A stretch of 59,574 bases of DNA, counting the filler, from Sphacelaria rigidula (taxonomy: Eukaryota): assembly GCA_964200075.2 (NCBI GenBank). It is 8 parts of 8 records of this genome, joined end to end, with 100 filler letters (N's around TTAATTAATTAA, not from the genome) between each part and the next. Parts side by side here need not be neighbours in the genome. Positions count along the whole stretch, not along the records: positions 22,380 to 29,738 come from CAXNAA020015266.1; positions 29,839 to 37,197 come from CAXNAA020015267.1; 6 more parts are not named here. One strand, 5' to 3'. Position 1 is the first letter of the stretch. Each line of letters starts with the position of its first letter. Both the position numbers and the translations under genes were made by a program. This document shows positions 23,036 to 33,916 of this stretch, in pieces. The notes below the pieces were generated by a model. That model was not told where the DNA came from. It searched no databases and saw only the letters and a program-made list of their open reading frames with translations.

Positions 23036-25192
23036 GGTCATCTCCTTTGCGTGAAGTTGAGGTTCTCCCGCCCCGCACAAGATGATCTAGCTCGACCACC
23101 ATGATGGCTAGAGCGAAAAAATTGCAAGCGCGCAAAAACCTCGGTAACCGGGTTGCCTAGCTTACGTAGCGAGTGGCGTGTTTTACAGCGCCAACGCCAA
23201 CCTGGGGCGGGGGGGGAAGGAATTGAGAAAAACGAAATAGGGGGGAGTGATGAAGCTGGAAATAAAAGGGAATGCAAAGGGAAGATGCCAGGCTGAGAAC
23301 GAGAAGTGGCCCCTTGAAATTTCGAGGAAAGTTCTTATCCGGCGGATCTGAATCTGCACGCAGATTCAAATGTGTGCCCAGCATAAAAGTTGGTCATAGA
23401 CGCATGCCCCCATATTCCTTCACACTTTGTGCGAAAGCAGGACATTTGAATGTCATGTAACCTTGGCCAACTAATACCTTTCTCTAAAAACGTACCAATG
23501 AGTCCCCTGCACATCGAATACGGGCACAAAACACTCACAAGAGACTCGCCCTTAGCCTTGGTCTCCACCAAAACGTCCTCTGCCCAGTCTCTCTCGATCA
23601 CTCTATCGTTGTGGGCGGCGATCGCGTCGGCCATGTCGTTCGCCTGTATCGTGTAACGTAGCAATCAGAAGACATGATACGTCGAGGGGGCGGGTGTCGG
23701 CGTGGTGATGAAGGATCATCCAAACGCTCACGAGTTACAGACGAAGGACTGCTGGTTGGATACTCGCCATCACTGTACACAACAATTAATACGGTAGATG
23801 AACCAAAGACGATACCAAACGTTACAACGTATACATTTCTCAACACACTACCCGAAGCCGATTTCATAGGATATTGGCCAGATAGCGCTACATTCACCTT
23901 TGTCGCCGTTGAAGAGCGGGAGGCGGCACGTGGGGTGGGATATATACATACTAGGCCTCTTCAATTAGCCTTACAAAACGTCAGGACAGAGCGATGGAAA
24001 GGGCCGGCAAAGCACCCACGGAAAAGGAGTAGTCGATCATGTAACGTATATTTTACATCCATGTTCCTGAGAAAGATACCTAGGCCCCAAAGAGTTCCAT
24101 ATATACGAGTCCTCTTACCCATCCCCGCCGTCCAACTCCCCCTGGAGGGGTATTTTCTGCACACAGTCTACCATGATGCCCGGGTGATTAAACTGCAGGA
24201 TTAACACCAGCTTTGGCAGATTTCGTCGGTTCAAATCCCTACAACGGAGCCTCGTTTCTGGTCCAGCCGTTCAAAACCGTGAGGGTAACAGCTGACATTT
24301 TTTTCGGAGAGCTCGAGGATGGGTGGTGACGCGAAGATAACCTCTAATCGGGCCTTCGCCACAAACGAGAGGGTGCTGTGACGGTCGCCAATCGGAGGGC
24401 CACCACGGCGACGAATCCTTGGCTCTTCCCTTGTTCGTCTTTCTTCCTCCATTCTCGCACCTCTCTCTTTCTCGCTTTTTCTCCCCCCCCGGTGTTATAC
24501 AGTAGCAGTTTGATGCTTTGCTCGTGCAGGGCTCATGGGCGAAAGATCATGCCCCACGTAGCATGGTTCGACAGAGCTGAGGAGTCACTATAACAGTTGA
24601 GCCAAAATTCCTACAGTATTTTTTTTTCTTGTTTTGTGTATCGGTACATGTGCTTTTTGCGCACGGCCCTTCTTCTCCTGGCGTCATGCTGTAGGGGCCG
24701 GCCATTTCTAGGTTTACCCCGTTGTTTATGTTCCATTGAATTTTTATTTTTTGAGTTCCCGTCTGTTCCTTACATTTCCCTCCTGCTTCTTTTCTGTTAC
24801 GTTTTGTTTTGTTGCGTTTCTGTTCTCATTTTCCTCAACACGAAAACCGATGTACTCCTGCCTTTTCCTGTTGGGTATCTTTTTGTCTCATCGCGGGTAC
24901 GTCTGAATCCTCAGAGGATCACTTAATGTGCTCATACTATGTATTTTTCCTTTTACGTGCTCGTAGTTTTGTTCGCCTTGGCTGCACCCGTCTCGTGGCC
25001 AAGGCTGGGTCCCTCGGCGATATGTCAATCTGCGATACCCAATCAATGAATTAATGAATTCATCGAGCGATCAATCTCGAGGCATTTCACCATTTCTTTT
25101 GTGTCTATTGGATCATACTCAAAGCTTCCAATGCAAGTCTTGAAGATCACCACGTGCTCCAGCGGTGCAAAATAACATGTGCGGTACGAAAT

Positions 25193-25600
25193 TGTGATGG
25201 TAAATGACGGAGGGACTGAATTAAAACTAGTTTCTTTGTGGATATGCAGATGGTCCCCAGAAACGACCAGCGGGTATGGAAGGATTCTAGTCGAATGTGT
25301 TTTTGTATTATTGCCGCCGCGGGTTGAGGGTGAAAGGATTGTACCCGAATGGCTGCGTGTACCTGCCGCTACTACAGCTTTTGATTGGCTTGAGGTACAG
25401 TGCGTCACGTGGAGTAGTATTTATATGACAAGATTGTATGCGTAGCTAGGAGTTTTTGAGGGTAATCGTGTGCCGCATCGCCCAGGCACCCACTCGAAAA
25501 CCCCGACAACAGTCTTTAGGCCTAATTGGATATAAGGAAGAGCTTTGCTCATCAGCTACCCACCGATCTCCTGTCTTCAGTGTCGCGAGTCCACAGCCTT
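25193..25600 (+). mobile_element. Probable 5' LTR of a Ty3/Gypsy element (3' boundary uncertain)
   Basis: Starts TGTGATGGTAAATGA. The same start occurs at 46858 and 54977, and nearly the same on the minus strand at 58867. Flanks upstream differ in contigs 4 and 7. TATA-like GGATATAAGG at about 25528. Confidence 0.7.
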
Positions 25601-28600
25601 ATTGACGGTCGTACTCCCTCCGAGACACCGGATGTCGATACGGGAATTGCCCCTCCTCTGACTACCGCGGACGTGACCACTGACAACAGTGTCACGCCTC
25701 ATCCATCATACACTCTAGACGTTGACCAACCGTCGGGATCTTCCTCAACGCTACCTCATGTTCAGCCAAACCCTGAACCTGACACTGCACCACCGGCGAC
25801 AGCTGATGGTGTTTCGAGCAAACACACCACCACGACGCGCCCCCCCCAAAAGGTGAGGGATAAAGCCAAAAACCAATTCCAGCACTCACGGCCTGAACTC
25901 ATTCCACCTCATTTGTGGGAACAGTGGACACCTTTGGAGCAGGCAGAATACTGGGATGCTCTTTTCTCACAGGCCGATAAGGCCAAGGCAGAACGCGATA
26001 GGCGACAAGAATTTGATCGCAGTCAACTCCTCATACGCACTCAACGTGATGTGGACCATCAGAGACAGGCCCTTGCTCTGCAACAGAGCAAACAGAGCAA
26101 AGTGTTGCGCCAATCAGCAAAAGCTGTTCGGACCGCACAGTTACAGCTGGAAGAAGCCCAGCGAACTCACAGTTTACACTCTGAGCAAGCAACAGTCCGT
26201 CTCTCTGTATCACAGTCCGGTTTGGACGAACAACTTAGACGCCTACGTCTCCTGCATGTCGACCCCTCCTCATCCTTAGATGAACCGAAAACTTCATCCA
26301 AAGTCACTCAGATCACCAACCCAGTCTTCAAGATTGAATCACGTACAGACTCCCCTCTCCACACGGGACTACCCCGCCCCCCACAGCAGGTTTTTACATC
26401 GGCCCCATCACATGACCGTCCAATCTCCACGTATCAGCCTGCAGGCGCCCGTCAACAACCCCGGCCCCCTCAACCCCCCTCCACGCACCAACATCGTTCC
26501 CCCCACGCTAACCCATCGTACGCGATGGCGGCAAAGGGCGCGACTCAAGTAGGACCATCCCCTGCACCATTATGCTTGCAGGACCCAGGTTTTTCTACAC
26601 TTGATTTGTCCGGTATCGTACACTTGTCTACTCTCCCTCTCGCATCTTTTGTCGACGAACCAGCTGACCTGGTGCGTTACACATTTCAGGCGCATCACCT
26701 TGCAGACCCGATTCGTGAGAAGGCCAATAGCCTACTTGCCTGGTTCGCCAACAACCGCGAAACTATAACACTTGCGGGAGTAGTGAGATGTGTACATTCT
26801 CAGCCCCACCCCGACCACACCACCATGCAGATCCAACATGAGTATGTCGAGCCCCTCATCACCATGTTCCGTGACGTCGAGGAAATTCGCAAAACGATTT
26901 CTTCTCAGCCACCCCAAAACAACGTGGACCACGCAAGCGGCACATGGGATTAGAACATTGGGGATGATGGGCAACGAATTGCACAACATCCTCTGCGCGT
27001 TGACGCGCAATGGCAGACCGCGGGCAAGAAGACAGGTACAGTTAGTGGTGGTAGCGGTCAAACAAAACATACGCGGGTCAGGAAACAATCCGCGCGCTTC
27101 AAATCCCACGCGTCGAGTACCGACGACAGCGATACAGACAGGCACGGTTCACCCCGCCACAATGACCAGATCCGCACCAACCGACCGTCTCACATACACT
27201 CTCCGACTTTCTCCCTCCGTCTTCCACCACGGCGAAACAACGTCACTCCCTCTTGAAAGAAAAAGAGGAAGGTCGGCCAGTCAAAACCGAATAGAAACGG
27301 GTTTTGGCGGAAGTAAAAAAGGAGAGTGATTTCTCCATTACAGAGACTGGTGCACAGACTCAATCTGCACCACCCCACACAAACCGCAGCGACGCCCCCA
27401 GCATCCGACGAGTTTATTTGGAACTCAATATCAAGAGTGTAGGTAAGGTCAAACCCCGGTTGCCTTTCATTGCAGGATCCAATGCAAGTCTCAACTGCAG
27501 TCGGTTGAGGTCATCGCTCAAGAATGTATTGAGCGGTATTCTCTCCATTTGCGACCCAAATTTCGTCAGCCTCGAAAGCAGCGAGTGTGTCCATGGGTGG
27601 AGCCGCCCGTTGCATCGGGCACTAGAACAGGCGATTGATCTCAACTCCTTGCAATCCTCCAAAATTACTGCAATGTACGACGCTCACTTCGACCAAGTGT
27701 CGCGGGCCCTCAACAAAGGTGCCAGTGGGAACGAGGCGTTCACACTTTTATTACGGTTGCTTAGCTCGTCGCTTGACACCAGCTACGAAGGGGAATCTAT
27801 TGAGAGATTACTCACCTTCAAGGTCCCCGTGGACACTTCCTTCGATCAGTACTTGAAGGACTTTCGCACTCTCATTTCGGTCACCGTGAATGGTGGGCGT
27901 GAACTAGCCCCGACAAATGAGATAGTAATGTCTCTCTTTTGTTCCAGTATGGGGCGACAATACCCCAGCCTAATGCCGAGTGTTTTTGTGGGTGATGCAG
28001 CCACGGCAGCAGTACCATTCGTAAATCTCGACAAAATGTGGAGTCGACTCGATGGGTTGCGTACGAGTCGAAGACAGGCTGTCGAGTCGACAGGAGTAAG
28101 ACAGGACGACACCACTTCGGCATTTAGCCAACACGGTACTCAGGTAACTAGTCAGGAACCTCTCCTCACTCAAGTTGCTTCTGCGTCACGCCCGCAGTCC
28201 AGCAGGGAATCGAGTCAGCCGGCGTGGATACCTGGCTCCATGACTTCTGCAGGGGAAGTCATGATGACCGCTCAGGTTCAGGTACCAGACGCATTTGCTA
28301 GTCGATTTCCAAGCTGGCCCTTCGCCAACGAGATTTGGCCGGAGGTGTGCAACGTGAGTACCTCAATGAACAACCATGACCCCCCCCTCTGGGCCCGCGA
28401 CGTTGAACCCAACATACGTAATGAGCTTATACGTGAGTGTGGGGACAAATGCCTCAATTGCGGAATATGGTTCGATGGATAAACTGGGTACTCCGCCGAC
28501 GGCAGAGTTCCCATCCACTCCATGCGCACTTGTGAGGCACCGTTTGTGAACGCATTCGGCGTCTTGAATAAGATATTCGACGATCCGCAATATGCTTCGT

Positions 28601-28914
28601 GCTGGCCAACTTGGCAAGCACGTATGCGTTCTTACCGCCGCCCTCAATCCGGCGACACGCGTGGCGAAAACAACCGCCCTAGACGGGGTAATCGCTTCTA
28701 TGGTAACGATTCCCGCTACCAAAACCCGCAGTACCAAACAACGCACTACCAGACGCGGCCCGCTGACTCGGCGCCACGTCCAACACCGTCTGACCCGGTC
28801 AACTCTCAACCGCAGAACCAGGCACAATCACAAGACGGAAGACGACCACTGATGATTGCACCTAGCCCTACGCCCCCCCCCGCGCCAGGAAGACGCCCAA
28901 CAACCCACCCCTGA
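25526..28914 (+). pseudogene. gag: Large gag-like polyprotein of the Gypsy element, interrupted by frameshifts and a stop
   Basis: ORFs 25526..26953 (coiled-coil and Pro-rich), 26790..27329, 27304..28482 and 28522..28914. The last two are in one frame, split by TAA inside a CLNC...H...C zinc-knuckle-like motif. Lies directly downstream of the LTR, and its 3' flank is homologous to the pol-upstream region in contig 7. Confidence 0.65.
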
Positions 28915-29162
28915 TGCTCATCGCACAACTTGACCGTTTTCTGGGAACGTTTACCAAGCCCCCGCGTTTCTGAGCAGCCATCAGTGGGGTAACACAGGAC
29001 GTGTGGCTGACCCCAAAATCTGGGCGCCACCACCTGCCCGTTCATTTTATACTTCTGACGACCGTTTGTTCCCCAATCGTTGGCACAACCCCACAATTCG
29101 GAATCAACGTTCGCCGGTAAACCACCGCAGAAGTACCCAACAATTTTCTTTCGCTCGGCCAG

Positions 29163-29738
29163 GCCACACACATCACACACGTGAATCAACGGCGGCCACC
29201 GCGGGTTCAACCATGTGGTGTGGGTTCCCTGGATATGCTGACACTGCCTTGAAGGGTTCCAAGACAGTCGAAGCCCGTGCACCGTTGCATGGCTATCAAT
29301 TGAGCAATGACCAAACCCAACGTTTTAACCCTGGATTTGATCACCCAGTTTTACATTCATCAGGTACTAATCATTTTCAACGGAATCCCCTCCCTTCAAA
29401 GGAGAGGAAGTCATGTAGTGCAGTTTCTGTCGCATCAGGAGCCGAAATATCTTCTGGTACGATAGACACTGCTGCTCCGACCGTTCACCGGAGAACACAA
29501 AATTGGAAGCCTCACACTCGAGCACCCCCCAACTGCTCAAGTGCCCGGCTAACCACCCTACCGAGTTTCGCAAAAACTACGGTACCCGGTTACCTTTTAT
29601 TTTATGAGCGTAATTATTCCTTGAAGGGTCGCAACCGCAAAGAACCCATGCTTTCCGTCGCTCAGCGGGTTGGAATGGAACCCCAAGTGACAGCGACTCA
29701 GGTGGTGCGCCAAGAGCGTGACCTAGGTTCGACTGTCC
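29163..29738 (+). mobile_element. Conserved open frame between gag and protease (truncated by contig end)
   Basis: Highly similar to 47590-48165. The same frame (GHTHHT...QERDLGSTV) is open in both copies. Confidence 0.75.
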
Positions 29739-29838
29739 NNNNNNNNNNNNNNNNNNNNNNNNNNNNNNNNNNNNNNNNNNNNTTAATTAATTAANNNNNN
29801 NNNNNNNNNNNNNNNNNNNNNNNNNNNNNNNNNNNNNN
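29739..29838. other. Artificial contig linker
   Basis: Same spacer. Confidence 0.98.
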
Positions 29839-31505
29839 CAATCCCGGGGAGCGGTTAATTCTCATTTCAAAATACGTTCTCATTTTTCTGGCAACCCTGT
29901 CAAGAGGTGAGAGCCCACCATATGCATGCAAGGAACGTCTATGGAAACACCGACGGCAAATGAGCATGATGCCCGAGCCATGCTACGGCAGGAGGGGGGG
30001 TGGGGGTTGGCCCGAGGGATTTTACCCAAGGAAAAAATGTGCTTGTAGATGCGTCGAACAGCGTGAGACACGCACAGTCCACTTGTACTGCACTCAGAGC
30101 TGAGTACAACGGTATGAACAAGTGTTATTTCTCGGGAGGAACCGATTTCGAACAAACGCTGGCTTCATTGAACGGCGATTGAAGTGACCAGCCCCACAAG
30201 ACGAAGCCCCCCCCCCCCCCCCCCCCTCTCCCTCCATCGTAGCGTGACTCCTCGACCACCTCTTCATCGACACAGACGCGAGGCTTTTTGTTTTTGCAAA
30301 TATCTCAACACAGCCGTTGGCTGACGAGCCTGAATCCATTATCGATCCGACAGTCTCATGTATCACCTCACTATTGCATGCTGGAATGTTGTTGACACCA
30401 AATCCAGGAGAGGTGCCGCAAAGAAGCACTAGAGAGCTACGACCGCGGGGTGACGGGACTCTTGAGGTCTAACATGATACCATGGGAGGCAGTTGTGCGC
30501 TGCACTATGTGGGTGAGAGCCGCCACGATGGTGGAGTGTTGCCAGACCGTAGGCAACTCTGTAGCGCCCTATGGGTTATAGGAGAACGTAGGCACTACAC
30601 GAGCTGGGTCAGCCTAACTCCTTCACCGCAAAAATAGGTCACCTGCTGAATCGGCATCAATTATCACTTGGAGAAAGTATGCACAATGCAAATGGACTAC
30701 CCGCACCACCGTCCAAGGATTAACCCTTAGACCGCGAGGTTGGTCTTCTGTTGAATCGGCATCAATTTTAAGTGAAAAAAAGTATGCATGATCCCGAAAC
30801 ACTAGTCTTGCGGTCTAAGGGTTCACCGTTCGTCCGCGGCGCGCATGGTCGACCTTGAGCACGAGTCCTTTCCCCAGAAAACACCGATGCAGACTCAGCG
30901 GGTGACTTACTCTCGCGGTCAAAGGGTTAAAAGCGGTCAAACGTTGTTTACACTTCAGCTTTCCCACGTTCCCGAATAAACCCGATACGAGCACAACACT
31001 CCGGAATGCAGACCAACAGCGTAGCACACGGCGCGGCCGCTGAACGAAGAAAAAAAGAAGAAAACAGATGCTCTGCGTAGTCTACGATATGTGAACGACG
31101 GACTAAAAAAAGCGAATCCGTCGGGATTGAACATACCGTCACCTCCACGAGCATCTGGACTCTCCTGTGCCACTTGAATGATATCGGCGCCGCCGTGTGA
31201 CCTGTGCGACGAGTCTCGAACTACGGTAGTTTCTGAAATCATGGAAGCAAACACTGAGACACCAGCCGCATAATATCGTGTGTTTTACTGGGGTTACGAA
31301 GTTATCTCGATTTTACCCACATTCAAAACCCCATTTCCTGCTGTTCTGTCTTCTTCCTACGCTGCGCGCAATATATTTTGCATGTCGATCATAAGAAACT
31401 ACCTGGTGTTGGCTGGCTCAGCTCGTAGTGTTGCAACGCGGGAAGGATGACATTCAGCGATGCATCTGGTGCTACTGGGTCGTGAGGGTGCGAGCAAGAG
31501 TCTGA

Positions 31506-32133
31506 CGGGCCAGAAAGAGAGGGGGTCGTTCGTATCGCCCACGCCTTCTCATGTATGAAGATTGGTATGTTGTGTGCGATGCCAACGTACGGTCTATTCA
31601 GGACAAGGAACGGTTCGGGCGCCCCCCACAAGATTTCATGCAGGATAAACCATGCTTCATCTCAATCCAAGGGCAAACAGGAAGCGCCCTCTTCATGATG
31701 GTATACGCCGACGAGCTCAACCTCGGGCGATACTGTGCTGGAGTTCTCGATGGGGCGACACCGCCGAGCACGGAAGGTACGCACAAATGATTACAAAGCC
31801 GCACGCGACCAGCGCAATCACTTCTTTTCGTTTAGCGGTTCTGTGAAGGAAGATAACATTCACGGGGACATGAAGACTGCTGACGGTTCAAGTGCACATG
31901 TTACTTGCACCCAGCCGATCACGAATGTAGCCACCAGTACCCGCATACAAGCCCTGACTATCATTCTTGTGGGTATTGTCCGTCATGTTCCGCGCGGACG
32001 TTTCCCTCGCGGAGGCAGAGATGGAGGGGTTGAAAAGGGCCATGGACACCACATCAGGGAGCGACCACCCCGGGATTTCCGTGCGGGTGTACGACGCGAT
32101 GCCGCACGAAAAAGCGCGACAGATAGGTCATGA
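31506..32133 (+). pseudogene. Second ParB/sulfiredoxin-like domain remnant
   Basis: ...ELNLGRYCAGVLD then GAT GGGG CGA CAC CGC CGA GCA (31749-31770). Removing one G of the G4 run gives VLDGRHRRARK followed by a GTACGC donor (31777). Next coding-like block reads ...GISVRVYDAMPHEKARQIG. Confidence 0.45.
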
Positions 32134-32244
32134 CCAACATGCATCGGAAAAACTGTCGAAGGCGAGTTCCATTAAAATATTACCCCCGTTGAGATATCAC
32201 ATTGCACGGGGGACCATTGATTGACGGAACATCATCGCAGCGCA

Positions 32245-32425
32245 CTGTGTCACCCAAGTATCCGGGCACCGGAGCTGGAGATACACGAAGGGACCTTGTC
32301 GCGAATATGCCATGTCTTCGACCTTCTGCAAGGGAAAGTGATGCCGATTCCCAAAATGACCCATGCAACACCCGACAAGCATTTCCGTCGGAGAAGTGCA
32401 ACCTCCATCGTAGTAGCACACGACG
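32245..32425 (+). repeat. Diverged copy (reverse complement) of the 3591-3770 repeat
   Basis: CACCCAA.T.TCCGGG...GTGATGCCGATTC.CAAAAT.A.CC.TGCAACACCC...AAGTGCAACC..ATCGTAG is collinear with the minus strand of 3591-3765. Confidence 0.75.
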
Positions 32426-33916
32426 CGCAACTACCTCAGGGTGCGTGCTGCAATTTACAAGCCCCAAACCACACCCGTTCCCAGGACGGCGTTCGGGCTA
32501 GTACTCGCGCAGGGGACAGAGGCAGCGTAGTCACGAAATCAACCATAGTTTTAGAATAAAATCACACATAATTTCAGGAAACAAACGGGGAACACCCTCC
32601 GCATGTGATGAGATCCCATATTCGGATCTTTTATTCTATAATCCGAATAAAAAATGACTGTTGAGACACATTATATCTGCCATGCCAGACAGTGGCATCG
32701 CAGTCACTACATCGTATCCACAACCCAGAGGACGATGTAATGATTCAACCTTTCGGAACACACGACAATTTTGTTGTAACGAATCGGCATCAGTTTGACT
32801 CGAAAATGACTGAAGATGATGCCGATTCACATATATAGAATTCGTCAATGGACTCCAGAAGGGTTCACACACTTGGAGTCGGTTTCCAAACCAGCTCGTC
32901 ATGATCGCTACACCACAATATCGTATTCGTGGCGGGGTTTGTTTTACGACACACATAGGACCTTCTTCAGACCCACCTACCCATAAGCGCTCCACTTACG
33001 CCATAGGCTTCGTGACGGGATTCAACTCGTGACCGAGATCGGCCGGTTCTCAAAACCAGCTCCACGCAATCGCCGTTCGAGGCAACCGGCTTCGTAAAGG
33101 AATTCAACTCGTGACACACATGGGCCGATTTTAAAAACCAGCTCATTTTGACCACAGTGATGACGGTCCATACCACCGGCGTGCACATAACGGCATATTT
33201 TCTATAATTCTCGATGACCCAACGAAACCAGTTGATTTATCGAATCTAGGGCATGTCACACTTCACCAGGTCATTGTAGCTCGTGTATCGGTATGGATGC
33301 ATGCAGCATCACCAAGTTGTGTTTCTAAAACAGGATCATGTAAGCACCGGTGTCGTGTTATATATATTTCATGAGCAACACATAAACCATGTGCACCGTT
33401 TGACGAACGAAGGTTGATGGCACTCGTTTGTTACCATAAGGGTTGTTTGGGAATTGCGACGAACATGTCCATGTTGACACTGAATGCGAATGTGTTATGC
33501 ATCTCGATGGCGATCGCCGTACCCGTCATTTCCACGTATCATCCGATACACATATACTGCACGAAATTGATCGGTTTCCGAAACCAGCCATATGACGGGA
33601 CAAATGCAATCCTCGGTCACTATAAACTAGAAAGGCGTATAACGATACCCCCCATGTGAAACCCCGGGATGAAATATCCTTGCGGTTTGCTGACATCGTA
33701 TGCCGCGAAACCCCGGGGTGAAATCGTTCGCCATGCGAAATAACTGGCGGCATATGGCTAACCCATTTCGGCTATACCGACATCACAACCCGGGCGGGCT
33801 ACGTATTGGGCGCCCGTCTTCGAATGCAGAAACCGTGCACGAGCTCAGCCATTGGGGTCCTGGTACCCATAATCCAATAACCCTGTGGCAGAGCAGACGT
33901 CAGCACACCTGCTCAG

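Noticed and set aside
24530-24593. Possible exon AHGRKIMPHVAWFDRAEESL* resembling the ABCB VGWFDKEENS motif
   Set aside because: Only 20 codons, ends in a stop, and no other ABC exons in this contig; likely coincidence, although the acceptor context is plausible.
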